Positions 10,757 to 21,502 are shown, counted from the first letter of the stretch. The stretch: 64,000 nucleotides of DNA from Verrucomicrobiia bacterium (GCA_963664225.1 OY760937.1:576001-640000); one strand, 5' to 3'. Numbers and translations: made by a program. The notes: generated by a model not told the origin, from the sequence alone.

Positions 10757-12106
10757 TCAATCCAAAGTCTTGATCCGCATCTTTCGGAATCCCACCATGC
10801 CGTGGTTTCCTTGAACGAAAATGGAACCCGGTTCATTGACCTTGTTGTCCAGTTCGCTGCCTGTGGCGCGGTCTACAACCACATTGTCGTGAATGGTCAC
10901 ACCGTTCAGAACCACGGTTACGCGGTTGCCTTTCATGGTGGCTTCGACGCAGTTCCATTCCCCCGGTTTCTTCGAGGCGAACTTGTCAGCAGCCTTGAAA
11001 TTGTAGATGGCGCCATCGCTGCTCACGGATGGTGTGCAATTCGGATAGTCGTCGAAAATCTGGATTTCATGACGGCCACGGAGGTAGAATCCGCTGTTGG
11101 CGCCCTTGGGAATCATGTATTCATAGCGCACAATGAAGTCCTTGTATTTGGCGTCGGTCACCAGATCGGTGCCGTGCTGTTTCTCAGGAATCACGTTGAC
11201 CAGCATTCCGTTCTGCGCGCTCCAGGAAGCGAGACCGTTGGCTTCGCGCAGCTTCCAGCCCGTCAAATCCACACCATTGAATAGGGGCTTGAAGCCGAGT
11301 TGCGCTTCATCCTCTGTCACCTTGTAGGCGGTGCTTTGTGGCGTGGCGTCACCCGGCAGGAGGCCCAGGCTCCACAGTATCCCGTTTAAGACATGTTCTT
11401 GATAGTAGGGCTTCTCCACCACATCAACCCGGTGTCCCAGGGAGGTATAGAAAACGCGGCCCTCGCCATACATTTTGCACCAGGCGATCGGATAATCTCC
11501 CGGAACCCCTGTGTTGGGCTGTTTGTCCTGCGTCAGGAGGCCATGCACCGTGTCGCGATGGAAATCCTTCACGTTATAGATTTCATCGAACACATAGAAG
11601 CAGGGACCCAAATTTCGCGTGGCGGGATGGAAGGGATCCTGGTTGTAAACTTTCACCTCGACCTGGGCGCCGTGACCCAGGAAGTGGGCCCCGATCATCT
11701 CCGTGTAAGCCGGGAATCCGGGAAAAGTATCCGTGGCCGCATGCAGGCCGACGAACGCCTTGCCGGATTTGATCCAGGCCAGAAATGCGTCGCGATCGGG
11801 CAGGGGAAGGTCGCCCGTGGTGTTGTTAAAAATCACGCCATCATAATTCTTCAAGGCATCGACGGTCATCTTCTCCGCCATATCCTTGTCATCGCGGACA
11901 TAATCCACGGTGAATTTGCCGCTCTTGGTCGCCAGTTCACCGAGCATCTTGTCGGCAGTGGGAATGACATCGTGGCGGAATCCTTTGGTCACGGACACGA
12001 TCAGGATTTTTTTCTGCGCCTGGGCAAAGACTGGAATGGTCAGCATGCTCGCGCAGGCCAGAATCAAAGCTGGCTTGAGCCAGGCCCTTCTCGATAATTT
12101 GTTCAT
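10757..12106 (-). CDS. ThuA-like domain fused to DUF1080 (3-keto-disaccharide hydrolase family) domain, exported
   Basis: GFRHD, FVGLHAATD and GRVFYTSLGH (ThuA); PLFNGVDLTGW, ANSGFYLRG, EIQIFD and QGNHG (DUF1080). Confidence 0.85.
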   Translation of the reverse strand: MNKLSRRAWLKPALILACASMLTIPVFAQAQKKILIVSVTKGFRHDVIPTADKMLGELATKSGKFTVDYVRDDKDMAEKMTVDALKNYDGVIFNNTTGDLPLPDRDAFLAWIKSGKAFVGLHAATDTFPGFPAYTEMIGAHFLGHGAQVEVKVYNQDPFHPATRNLGPCFYVFDEIYNVKDFHRDTVHGLLTQDKQPNTGVPGDYPIAWCKMYGEGRVFYTSLGHRVDVVEKPYYQEHVLNGILWSLGLLPGDATPQSTAYKVTEDEAQLGFKPLFNGVDLTGWKLREANGLASWSAQNGMLVNVIPEKQHGTDLVTDAKYKDFIVRYEYMIPKGANSGFYLRGRHEIQIFDDYPNCTPSVSSDGAIYNFKAADKFASKKPGEWNCVEATMKGNRVTVVLNGVTIHDNVVVDRATGSELDNKVNEPGSIFVQGNHGMVGFRKMRIKTLD

Positions 12107-12368
12107 AAACAGGTCTTTAAGGTTTTTGCATCTCTCTCGTCTAAATGCCAAATGTTCAGACTGATTGCGTTGGTGTTTCATTCAATTAACCTTTTCGATG
12201 GTTCCAAACAACTGGAAAAACGGTCCACTGAATCATCGGAAAATAATGCACCTGGAACAGGTCTCCGCTTCTCATCCAATTGCCAAATGACATTTTGAAC
12301 GATTCGGATATGATTTTTTAAAAGAATGCAATGGACCGTTTCGCCATGGTCAGGGTACACACAAATTT

Positions 12369-13343
12369 ATGACGGGTTTATTTCGAGTCTGGATGCTGCT
12401 TTTACTGGGATGGATGACCACCTATTGTCAGGCGGGGACTTCCATCGTGCGGACCAATTATCATGGTTGGACCGATGCCATTTTCTTAAGCAACGGCGTC
12501 GTTGAGGCTGTAGTCGTTCCGGCGATCAATCGTGTCATGCAATTCCGTTTCGTCGGAGAGGCTGAAGGGCCTTTCTGGGAAAATCGCCAGTTGGATGGCG
12601 TCCTGCCAGACCCGGAGGACAAATCCTGGCGGAATTTCGGGGGAGACAAAAGCTGGCCTGCGCCTCAGTCTGAATGGCCGCAAATCATGGACCGGGCCTG
12701 GCCGCCGCCCCGGGCGTTTGATCCCTCCTCCGCCACAGCCACCATTGATGGCAGCACCGTCGTTCTGGTTTCCTCAGTGGATCCATTCTTCAAGATTCGT
12801 GTCACCCGCCGCATCCGTCTGGAATCCCATAAACCGGTGATGCATATTGAGACGGAATTTGAACAAATGGAGCCATCCTCGCGAAAGACCGGTGTCTGGG
12901 TTGTAACCCAGTTGAAGCATCCGGTGCGCCTTTACCTGCCGATTCCAAAGAAATCCATTTTCCCCAAAGGGTATTGCCCCATGGTTGAACTGCCAGACGA
13001 TTTGCGGATAAAAAACGGTCTGATTTCGATGGTCCGTGGTTCCGCGAAGGCGAGCAAGATCGGCAATGACGCGGGCACGTTGCTTTGGATGGGGGACAGG
13101 ATGGCCCTGAGGATTGATTCGCCTCGCATTCGAAATGTGGAATATCCAGACAAGGGCTGCAGCGCGGAGATCTTCACCAGTCCGGATCCTGCATACATTG
13201 AGATGGAAATGCTGGGGCCATTAAGCACGATCGAAAAGGGCCGGAAAATCTCGCGCACATCGGTTTATACGCTCTATCGGCGGTCGCCAATGGAATCGGC
13301 ATCCGACCCGGACAAGGAAGCTCGGATCATGTTACGGCCATGA
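12369..13343 (+). CDS. Secreted DUF4380-like / aldose epimerase-fold protein
   Basis: Signal peptide; NFGGDKSWPAPQSEW; YIEMEMLGP. Confidence 0.65.
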   Translation: MTGLFRVWMLLLLGWMTTYCQAGTSIVRTNYHGWTDAIFLSNGVVEAVVVPAINRVMQFRFVGEAEGPFWENRQLDGVLPDPEDKSWRNFGGDKSWPAPQSEWPQIMDRAWPPPRAFDPSSATATIDGSTVVLVSSVDPFFKIRVTRRIRLESHKPVMHIETEFEQMEPSSRKTGVWVVTQLKHPVRLYLPIPKKSIFPKGYCPMVELPDDLRIKNGLISMVRGSAKASKIGNDAGTLLWMGDRMALRIDSPRIRNVEYPDKGCSAEIFTSPDPAYIEMEMLGPLSTIEKGRKISRTSVYTLYRRSPMESASDPDKEARIMLRP

Positions 13344-13412
13344 AGTTCAAAAGGTTATTGTTTTGGTCATCGTTTTGCTTCGGCCAATTTGTGGATTTTC
13401 ACGTATCCGGTT

Positions 13413-15176
13413 ATGCGATCAACTGCTGCGAATAAGGCATTGGAGGACCTGCGCGCCCGGTATGAGCGCCTGAGCGTTTTATACCAGGTCAGCAACGTGA
13501 TCCATTCGACATTGGATCCTGTGGAGGCGTTTAGTCTGCTGATCAAGGAGGCGGTGCGGATTACGCGCGGGAACAGCGGTTCACTCGTGCTCATTAATCC
13601 GACCACCGGTTTCCTGGAGATTCAAGCCTCGCATGGCCTGCCGCCCAAGGCGGAACTACTTAAGTTGCGCGTTGGCGAGGGTCTAACAGGATGGGTCGCG
13701 CGCGTGGGCAAATCCCTTATGGTGGATGATGTGCGCACTGACCGCCGCTACATCATGCTGATGGACAGTGCCCGTTCTGAACTGGTTGTTCCCTTGGAGG
13801 TGGATGGTGAGGTGCGGGGCGTGCTCAATGTGGATTCAAAGAAGGTCGGAGCCTTCACGATCGAAGATCAGCAGATGCTTGAGGACATCGCCGTGCAGGC
13901 TGCCCGCGTGATACGCAACACATGGCTCTATGAGCAATTGCGGCTCAAGGCCCAGCTTTTTGAGTCCCTGTCGAGTGTCAGTCGAATCATTAATTCAACG
14001 ATCAACCTCGACGAGGCGCTCACAGCCGTAACGCGCGAGGCCTGCGAATTGATGCGCGGCAAAATGTGTTCGCTGCTGCTCCTTGACGAGAGCCGCCAAT
14101 GGCTGGATCTGCGCGCCAGTTTCGGGGCGGGTCCCGCTTATCTCTCCAAGCCCCGGCTCAATGTCGAGGATAGCCTCCTGGGCGTGGTTGTTCGTCGAAA
14201 AAAACCGGTGCATGTGGAAAACGTGCAACTTTCCACCCGCTACCAGAATGTGAGCGTGGCGCGTCAGGACGGCCTCGTTTCCTTGCTCAGTGTGCCCCTG
14301 GTTTATAACAACAGCGCCACCGGCGTTCTCAGCATTTACCATGGGGACGTGCATAGTTTTTCGAATGAGGAAATCCGCATTTTGACCGCCCTGGCCGAGT
14401 TATCCGCCATTGCCATTGAAAAGGCCCGGCTTTACGAGCGGGTGGTGGATACTGAGGAACAATTGCGACAAAGCGAAAAGCTCTCCGCCCTGGGATTGCT
14501 CGCGGCCGAGGTGGCCCATGAAATTCGCAATCCGCTGACCGTTCTGAAAATGCTCTTTCATTCCTTGAATCTGGATTTTCCGGAGGGCGACCCGCGGGTG
14601 CGCGATGTCAAGGTGATCGGGGAAAAAATGGACCACCTGAATAAAATTGTGGAGCAGATCCTGGATTTCGCCCGATGCAACGAACCGATCCTGAGACCTG
14701 TGAACCTCAACCAATTGCTTGAGGATTTGTGCCTTCTGGTTCGGCATAAAATCGCCCAGCAAAAAACCGAGTTGGTGTGTCGCCTGGATCCCGAACTGCC
14801 TCGTGTGGCGGGCGATTCCACCCAATTGGAGCAGGCTTTCCTCAATTTGATCCTCAACGCCCTTGAGGCCATGCCCAGTGGCGGACGCCTGACTCTGACC
14901 ACGCGCCTACCCTCTGTGCAGGCTGACAAGTCTGAACAGCCCCACATCGAGATCGAGGTTCAGGATACGGGTTGCGGCATGACCGAGGAAATGTGCGGTC
15001 GGGTCTTTGAATCCCTGCTGAACACCTCCAAGGCCAAAGGCACAGGCCTGGGGCTTGTCATAGTGGCCAGGATCGTCGAATCCCATCATGGTCGGATCGA
15101 GGTTTCCTCCAGCCCGGGGAATGGAACACGCTTTATTCTGCAACTCCCAGTGGCGGAACTGTTTGAAACGATATAA
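13413..15176 (+). CDS. Cytoplasmic sensor histidine kinase with two GAF domains
   Basis: GEGLTGWVA GAF; H-box EVAHEIRNPL; NLILNA, DTGCG and GTGLGL boxes. Confidence 0.93.
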   Translation: MRSTAANKALEDLRARYERLSVLYQVSNVIHSTLDPVEAFSLLIKEAVRITRGNSGSLVLINPTTGFLEIQASHGLPPKAELLKLRVGEGLTGWVARVGKSLMVDDVRTDRRYIMLMDSARSELVVPLEVDGEVRGVLNVDSKKVGAFTIEDQQMLEDIAVQAARVIRNTWLYEQLRLKAQLFESLSSVSRIINSTINLDEALTAVTREACELMRGKMCSLLLLDESRQWLDLRASFGAGPAYLSKPRLNVEDSLLGVVVRRKKPVHVENVQLSTRYQNVSVARQDGLVSLLSVPLVYNNSATGVLSIYHGDVHSFSNEEIRILTALAELSAIAIEKARLYERVVDTEEQLRQSEKLSALGLLAAEVAHEIRNPLTVLKMLFHSLNLDFPEGDPRVRDVKVIGEKMDHLNKIVEQILDFARCNEPILRPVNLNQLLEDLCLLVRHKIAQQKTELVCRLDPELPRVAGDSTQLEQAFLNLILNALEAMPSGGRLTLTTRLPSVQADKSEQPHIEIEVQDTGCGMTEEMCGRVFESLLNTSKAKGTGLGLVIVARIVESHHGRIEVSSSPGNGTRFILQLPVAELFETI

Positions 15177-15315
15177 TCCCTACAGCCGACTCAGGTTGCA
15201 GCGCCAGGATTGCACTTTATAATGGGCGCGGATGACTGGCAGCCAATGTTAAAATTGCGAAACGAATAAGCCAATGGCCTTGTCATGATACCGATGATGC
15301 TGAATATTGGCGGCC

Positions 15316-16932
15316 ATGATTAGCAGACGCGCTTTTTTCACCCGATCAGCCGTGTTAACTGGCGGAGCGGTGGGTTTTCCATTTATTGGCCATGGGTCGG
15401 AGCCTTCTCCCTCATTCGGGCAAAAGCCGGCGCGCATTATTCACATGGTGGCCGACGGTATGAGCATGGGCACGCTGACCGGCGCGGATTATCTTTCGCA
15501 TCAGTTGCGCAACAAGGGACTCACCTGGGTGCGTCTTTGCCAGGAATCCACTTCGCGCCTCGGTTTGGTGAACACGCGTTCGCTCAATTCCATGGTGACG
15601 GATTCTGCCGCAGCCTCGTCGAGTTGGGGGTGCGGTTCACGCGTCAAAAATGGAGTGCTCAACTGTTTGCCGGATGGCAGGAAACTCAAGCCGCTCTGCG
15701 ATTTGTTTGCCGAGATGGGCTGGAAACGCGGTTTGGTGACCACCACGGAAATCACCCATGCCACGCCAGCAGGTTTTGCTGTGTCCGTTAAGAACAGGGA
15801 TACGACCGATGAAATTTCCGCTCAATATCTCGAAGGCAAAGTGGACGTTTTGCTGGGTGGGGGCCGGAAGTTTTTCAGTGCTGCAAATCGCACGGATAAG
15901 CGCGATCTGCGCGCGGAATTTTCACAGGCAGGCTACGAGGTGATGGATGCCGCGCCCGAGTTAATCAGAGCCTCTGTTGATCGGCGCTGGCTTGGGATCT
16001 TTGCAGATAGTCACCTCCCATTTACCATCGATCAGAAATCGGACTCCAAGCTTCAGGCCCGCGTTCCCGCTCTGGCGGTCATGACCCGCCGCGCCTTGGA
16101 TTGGCTCGAGCGCCACGACCATTTCCTGCTCCAGATTGAGGGCGGTCGCGTGGATCATGCCGCCCATAACTGCGATGCCCCGGCTGCGTTGCATGAGATG
16201 ATCGCATTTGACGAGGCCATCGATGTGGTGGTCGCCTTTCAAAAGCAACATCCCGACACTTTGGTCGTGATTACGACGGACCATGGAAATGGAAACTTGG
16301 GCGTTAATGGGAGTGGCAACGAGTATGAACAAAGTTCGCCCATGTTTAAGCGAATTGCCGGGGTCAAATGTTCATTCCCGGAAATCTTGCGCCGGTTGCG
16401 ACGAAAGCCCCTTCTATCCACAGTCGTTGCCGAGGATATCGTGAACAGTCAAGCATCGTCGATAACCAATGCGTTCAGCGCTGTCACCGCCACCAACAAG
16501 ATCGCGGTCGCGTCCGCTCAAAAGGCCAAAGACTACGTCCCGGACATCAAGGAGATTCAGGAAGTTCTTGCGGACACCACCGGTTACAAGGTTTCTGACC
16601 GCCGGGCGGGATGGTTTCAAAGCTACCTGGCAAAAAAAGGTGCAAGCGTTTATGAAGTAATGAATTCAGACGTCGTCCAGTTGGGTCAGTTGCTCGGAAA
16701 TCATATCGCAGTGGGCTGGACCGGGAATGTGCATACCGCTGATTACGTCACGCTCACCGCCTTGGGGCCGGGTTCCGAGCGTTTCGCCGGGTTCATCCAA
16801 AACGTCGATATTTTCCGCCATTACACCCAACTCGCCGGCATCGATTTTAAGAATCCTGAGAGTCCGCTGATCGCGGAAAGTGTCGGAAGTTCCAGGAGAA
16901 TTGAAAACCTGGACGAATACGCGTTGGTTTGA
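15316..16932 (+). CDS. Alkaline phosphatase (Tat signal)
   Basis: SRRAFF; VADGMS; VTDSAAA catalytic Ser; THATPA; EGGRVDHAAH; TTDHG. Confidence 0.92.
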   Translation: MISRRAFFTRSAVLTGGAVGFPFIGHGSEPSPSFGQKPARIIHMVADGMSMGTLTGADYLSHQLRNKGLTWVRLCQESTSRLGLVNTRSLNSMVTDSAAASSSWGCGSRVKNGVLNCLPDGRKLKPLCDLFAEMGWKRGLVTTTEITHATPAGFAVSVKNRDTTDEISAQYLEGKVDVLLGGGRKFFSAANRTDKRDLRAEFSQAGYEVMDAAPELIRASVDRRWLGIFADSHLPFTIDQKSDSKLQARVPALAVMTRRALDWLERHDHFLLQIEGGRVDHAAHNCDAPAALHEMIAFDEAIDVVVAFQKQHPDTLVVITTDHGNGNLGVNGSGNEYEQSSPMFKRIAGVKCSFPEILRRLRRKPLLSTVVAEDIVNSQASSITNAFSAVTATNKIAVASAQKAKDYVPDIKEIQEVLADTTGYKVSDRRAGWFQSYLAKKGASVYEVMNSDVVQLGQLLGNHIAVGWTGNVHTADYVTLTALGPGSERFAGFIQNVDIFRHYTQLAGIDFKNPESPLIAESVGSSRRIENLDEYALV

Positions 16933-16946
16933 TCCTGCCTGTGGAT

Positions 16947-17729
16947 TTACAGGTGCAGCGTGGTGTTCGCCGCATGCTGCTGGGATAACTCGAGTTTGAC
17001 GTGCAGCGCCCCTATTTGCTCCAGGCGTGTGGCGATCACCCGGCGGGCGATTTCAGGACGGTTGCAGTCTTCACTGAGATGGGCCAAAAACACATGCTTG
17101 AGCTCGGCGGACATGACCTGGGCCAGGGCGTCAGCGGCCGCTTCGTTTGAAAGATGCCCATGCCGGCTCATGATGCGTTGTTTAAGGCTCCAGGGACGCC
17201 GGATATCGTTTTGGAGTAATTCCGGATCATGGTTGGATTCCAAGAAAAGGACATTCGCGGAACGGATCCGATCCAAAGCCATTTTCGTGACATGCCCCAA
17301 ATCCGTTAAAAATCCGATATGCCCCGCCGTGGTACGCAGCAGGAAACCGGTGGGATCCTGGGCGTCATGGGGCACGCTGAAGCTATCCACAACCACATCG
17401 CCGATCTCGAAGCTTGCACCGGTCTCAAACAGTTTGAAGCTCAGAGCCGTTTTGGACTGGCTTTGAATGGCCTCTTGCGTGAACCGATTGCAGTAAATGG
17501 GTATCTTCAGTTTCGAACAAAGCACGGCCAGCGAGGAAATGTGGTCCGAATGCTCATGCGTAATCAAAATACCCGAAAGCGATTCCGGTGATTTGCCGAT
17601 GGCGGCCAGTCTTTGGTGGATTTGCCGGGAACTGAAGCCGGCATCAATTAATATGCGCGCCCCTCCTGTTTCCACATAGGTGCTATTGCCTTTGGAACCA
17701 CTGCCCAATATCGTAATCTGCACTGACAC
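16947..17729 (-). CDS. MBL-fold metallo-hydrolase, YycJ/WalJ-like
   Basis: LGSGSKGN; THEHSDH; VPHDA; LESNHD; GHLSN; AHLSEDCN. Confidence 0.9.
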   Translation of the reverse strand: MSVQITILGSGSKGNSTYVETGGARILIDAGFSSRQIHQRLAAIGKSPESLSGILITHEHSDHISSLAVLCSKLKIPIYCNRFTQEAIQSQSKTALSFKLFETGASFEIGDVVVDSFSVPHDAQDPTGFLLRTTAGHIGFLTDLGHVTKMALDRIRSANVLFLESNHDPELLQNDIRRPWSLKQRIMSRHGHLSNEAAADALAQVMSAELKHVFLAHLSEDCNRPEIARRVIATRLEQIGALHVKLELSQQHAANTTLHL

Positions 17730-17848
17730 GGCGGGCAACTTAAGGGGGGAGGCAGGCGCGGGCAACATTATTAAAAACAGGGAGGGGAGCCTGCATGCCG
17801 GAAAGTATTTTCCAGGGGATCGATTGCTCGAAGTTGAACGTTAAAAAC

Positions 17849-17864
17849 TTGGCATGCCAAATGC
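17849..17864 (+). promoter_or_regulatory. Candidate sigma-54 -24/-12 element upstream of rpoN
   Basis: TTGGCATGCCAAATGC: GG-N10-GC spacing, about 60 bp before the rpoN ATG. Confidence 0.55.
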
Positions 17865-17925
17865 GGAGCAATCTTAATGCCGGGTTTTTCTTGTTATTTT
17901 GGATCGGCGGTATAGGCTGTTGGCA

Positions 17926-19425
17926 ATGGCACAGGGTTTATACTTGTCACAGAAGATGATGCTGACGCAGGTGCTGGCGCCGCAGCTCCAGCAGTCACTC
18001 GTCCTGTTGCAGGCACCGACCTTGGAATTGAAAGCTCTGGTCGAACAGGAGCTCCAACAAAATCCTGTGCTGGAAGAGCTTGCCCCCTCCGAATCCGAAC
18101 AGGAATCGTCGGACTCTACTTCCGATGACGATTCGCAGCCGACAATTGATGCCGCCGAACCCCCTGCGGATGTTAATTTCGATCCTGCGACTGAAAAACC
18201 CTCGACCGATCCAGTGGACGATTTTCAGGCCGAATTCGATCGTTTGAATCAATTGGATCAGGAATGGCGGGACCATTTTAACCAGACGAACCTTCCTTCG
18301 AAGCAAAGGGAGGACGAAGAGGAAAAACGGCAGTTCATGTTCGATTCCCTGACCGTCAAGACATCCTTGCAGGAAGATCTCCTTGAGCAGGTCAGAACTT
18401 CGGAGCTATCCAAGGACAATCTTGCCATCGCGGAAATGATCATTGGGAATATCGACGACAATGGCTATTTGAAGGCCTCCGTCGATGAACTGGCGTTTTC
18501 GACGAATATCCCCTCGGATCAAGTCACCGACACGCTCAAGGTGATCCAAGCCTTCGATCCTGCGGGCGTGGGTGCACGGGACTTGAAGGAGTGTCTGCTT
18601 TTGCAATTGGAACGGACCCACAGGGAGCACACGCTGGAATACATCGTCGTTCGGGATCATTTGGAAGCTTTGGGACGTCGGCGCTTGCCGGAAATTGCCC
18701 GCGCACTGGATGCCGATGTCGTGGATGTCCAGGAGGCTGCCGAGCGGATTGCCCAATTGGAGCCGCATCCCGGGCGCTCCTTTCTTCCTGATAATGACCA
18801 ATACGTGGTGCCTGAGATTTTTGTGCGCAAAAACGGGGACGAATACGTGGTCACCACCAACAGCGATTACGTTCCACACCTGCGCATCAGCCACGCATAC
18901 AAGGATTTGATGGCCCAGGCCAATAGCTCATCGGAGGTCAGGGAATACATTCGAGACAAGATTCGCGCCGGCAAGTTCCTCATCAAAAGCCTCCACCAGA
19001 GGCAGCAAACGATCTTGAACATCGCGCAGCAGATTGTGTTGCGCCAGCGTGACTTTCTCGATAACGGGGTCGCGCATCTCAAACCCATGACCATGCTCCA
19101 GGTGGCCGAAGTCGTTGGAGTTCATGAAACCACGGTCAGCCGCGCCGTGGCAGGCAAGTATATTGAGACGCCTCAGGGCGTTTTTGAGATGAAATATTTC
19201 TTCACTTCTGGAATGCAAACAACCAGCGGTTCGGACATTTCAAACACCAGCATCAAAGACATGGTGGCTGAAATGGTGAAAAAGGAAGACACCTCTATTC
19301 CCCTGTCAGACGAGCAGATTGTAAAACTTTTGATGGAAAAAGGCATTAAAATCGCCCGTCGCACGGTCGCCAAATATCGGTCTGAGCTCAATATTCTCCC
19401 CTCCACATTAAGAAAAGTCTACTGA
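17926..19425 (+). CDS. rpoN: RNA polymerase sigma-54 factor
   Basis: Q/L-rich region I; HETTVSRAV HTH; RpoN box ARRTVAKYR. Confidence 0.98.
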   Translation: MAQGLYLSQKMMLTQVLAPQLQQSLVLLQAPTLELKALVEQELQQNPVLEELAPSESEQESSDSTSDDDSQPTIDAAEPPADVNFDPATEKPSTDPVDDFQAEFDRLNQLDQEWRDHFNQTNLPSKQREDEEEKRQFMFDSLTVKTSLQEDLLEQVRTSELSKDNLAIAEMIIGNIDDNGYLKASVDELAFSTNIPSDQVTDTLKVIQAFDPAGVGARDLKECLLLQLERTHREHTLEYIVVRDHLEALGRRRLPEIARALDADVVDVQEAAERIAQLEPHPGRSFLPDNDQYVVPEIFVRKNGDEYVVTTNSDYVPHLRISHAYKDLMAQANSSSEVREYIRDKIRAGKFLIKSLHQRQQTILNIAQQIVLRQRDFLDNGVAHLKPMTMLQVAEVVGVHETTVSRAVAGKYIETPQGVFEMKYFFTSGMQTTSGSDISNTSIKDMVAEMVKKEDTSIPLSDEQIVKLLMEKGIKIARRTVAKYRSELNILPSTLRKVY

Positions 19426-19491
19426 GGCGGTGAGGCTTCGATTATTCGGCGTGGGCTCCTAATCGCCTCCAGCCTCCTTGCTGAGGCCGGA

Positions 19492-19974
19492 TTATTTTTT
19501 TCGCTCAAGTTGGGCCAGTTGGTCCACCAACCGTTCCAGAAAGGGGTGTTGAGCCATCTTCAGTCGGCGCCGCGCACGATCCAGGGTGAAAAAACCGGCG
19601 CGATCGACCTCGGGAAACTGTGCTATTTTTCCTGACCCCGTGGGCCATTCCAGGTCAAATGGAAAACTTTGAATGGGCTGGCTTTCATCCCAGTCCCCCT
19701 CGAATCCCCAGGCATAAACCACCTTTCCGCTGCGCTGGCGCACGCTGCCCAACTCCAGATAGGGAGGCTTCGGTTCCAGGCCGACTTCCTCTTTGAATTC
19801 GCGCATTGCCGTTTCCAGCAAACTTTCACCCGGTTCCACTTCCCCCTTGGGAATGCTCCAGCAATCAACATCCGAATGGGCGAAATAGGGGCCGCCTGGA
19901 TGTGCAATGAAAACCTCCAGTTCCCGCTTGCCATGGCGGTACATCAATAGACCGGAGCTGGTTTTATGCCGCAT
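19492..19974 (-). CDS. NUDIX hydrolase
   Basis: WSIPKGEVEPGESLLETAMREFKEEVG Nudix box; FPEVDRA. Confidence 0.92.
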   Translation of the reverse strand: MRHKTSSGLLMYRHGKRELEVFIAHPGGPYFAHSDVDCWSIPKGEVEPGESLLETAMREFKEEVGLEPKPPYLELGSVRQRSGKVVYAWGFEGDWDESQPIQSFPFDLEWPTGSGKIAQFPEVDRAGFFTLDRARRRLKMAQHPFLERLVDQLAQLERKK

Positions 19975-20064
19975 GTTGGCAAGACTAGATCAGTGTTAAT
20001 ATAAAGACAATAGTGAACGTCAAAGATTATTATGAAAATCTGACAGCCTCCCTTAGCCAATAAG

Positions 20065-20101
20065 AAAAAAACCGCAAGGCGGGGTTTAACCCACCTTGCG
20101 G
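20065..20101 (-). terminator. Rho-independent terminator
   Basis: ccgcaagg...ccttgcgg stem followed by 7 U on the minus strand. Confidence 0.75.
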
Positions 20102-20143
20102 AGTATTCTCCACCGCAGGTGCGCGGAATTATATTACCACCGG

Positions 20144-21502
20144 CTAAATAAGCTTCCAGCCGTCCCGGTAAGTTCTGCGGACGAAGGCGTTGGCCTCGGG
20201 CAGGTTGGTGAACTTCATATTCTCGCCGTCCCAGCGCAGCTTGGTCAGCGTGAGTTCCTGGCGCAGGCTGGAGCGCAGGGCGATGTTGCCCAAAAGAACG
20301 ACCTCAGCCAGATGGCCGGCAAAGTCGAAGTTCGCTCCACCCGGGGCGCCGCCTTTGCAGGCTTCGATCCATTCCTTGTAATGGCCGATGGACCGCGGAA
20401 GAGTCTTGGGCGCGCCTTCATAATCCTTGAACTTCGCCACAGGGAACAGATGGTTGCCGAGGATCTTCCCCTTGTCGCCGATGAGCAGGCGGCCATTGGC
20501 GCCCATCTCCAGGTTTTCATCCAGGTCATCTGGGCGCTCAGGCCGCAGGCCGCCGTCGTACCAGGTCAGTTTACAGGGGGGCATGTCGCCTCGGGCAGGG
20601 AAGTTGTAGAACACCATGCTGCCGACGGGGTAAGTTTCCTCGTTAACACGGGTGGAGACGGCATGGACTGTGTCGGGATGCCCGAGTTTGAGCGCGCGAA
20701 AGACAGGGTCCATGGCATGGCACCCGATGTCTCCGAGCGCTCCCGTGCCGAAATCCCACCAACCGCGCCACACGAATGGAAGATAGGCGGGATTGAACGG
20801 ACGATAAGGGGCGGGGCCGAGCCATAGATCCCAGTTCAGTTCTTTGGGCACTGCGGGTTGTTCCTTGGGGCGGTCGACGCCCTGCGGCCAATAGACATTG
20901 AAGAGGCCGTTGGAGGGGCGGTCGGTCCAGATATGGACTTCGCGCACGGGGCCAATGGCCCCTGACCAGACCATTTCACAAAGACGCCGGGTTTCCTCGG
21001 ACGCCTGGCCCTGGTTCCCCATCTGGGTGGCCACTTTGTGTTCGCGTGCGGCCAGAGTCAGTTGCCGGGCTTCCCAGACGTCATGAGTGAGCGGTTTTTC
21101 GCAATAGACATGCTTGCCCAACTGGATCGCAGCCATCGACACGAAGGCATGCATATTGTCTGGCGTGGCGACCACCACCGCGTCGATGTCTTTTTGCTCA
21201 TCGAGCATTTTTCGATAGTCGATGTGTCTTTTGGCGTTGGGATATTTCTTGAAGACGTGATCGGCATGGTTCCAATCGACATCGCAAAGTGCGACGATGT
21301 TTTCGCTCTCCATGTTGCTCAGATCGGAGGCTCCCTGGCCACCGATTCCAATTCCAGCGATGTTGAGCTTGTTATTCGGTGAGGTCGCGCCGTTCAAGCC
21401 AAGTACATGGCCGGGAACGATCGTGAACGCGGTGGCTGCCACCGTCGCGCCGCGCAGGAAGTGCCGACGTGAGACAAGGTCAGGTTTGTTATCTTTTTTC
21501 AT
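20144..21502 (-). CDS. Tat-exported Gfo/Idh/MocA oxidoreductase
   Basis: SRRHFL; GIGIGGQG; HVYCEKPL; GDIGCHAMD. Confidence 0.93.
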   Translation of the reverse strand: MKKDNKPDLVSRRHFLRGATVAATAFTIVPGHVLGLNGATSPNNKLNIAGIGIGGQGASDLSNMESENIVALCDVDWNHADHVFKKYPNAKRHIDYRKMLDEQKDIDAVVVATPDNMHAFVSMAAIQLGKHVYCEKPLTHDVWEARQLTLAAREHKVATQMGNQGQASEETRRLCEMVWSGAIGPVREVHIWTDRPSNGLFNVYWPQGVDRPKEQPAVPKELNWDLWLGPAPYRPFNPAYLPFVWRGWWDFGTGALGDIGCHAMDPVFRALKLGHPDTVHAVSTRVNEETYPVGSMVFYNFPARGDMPPCKLTWYDGGLRPERPDDLDENLEMGANGRLLIGDKGKILGNHLFPVAKFKDYEGAPKTLPRSIGHYKEWIEACKGGAPGGANFDFAGHLAEVVLLGNIALRSSLRQELTLTKLRWDGENMKFTNLPEANAFVRRTYRDGWKLI

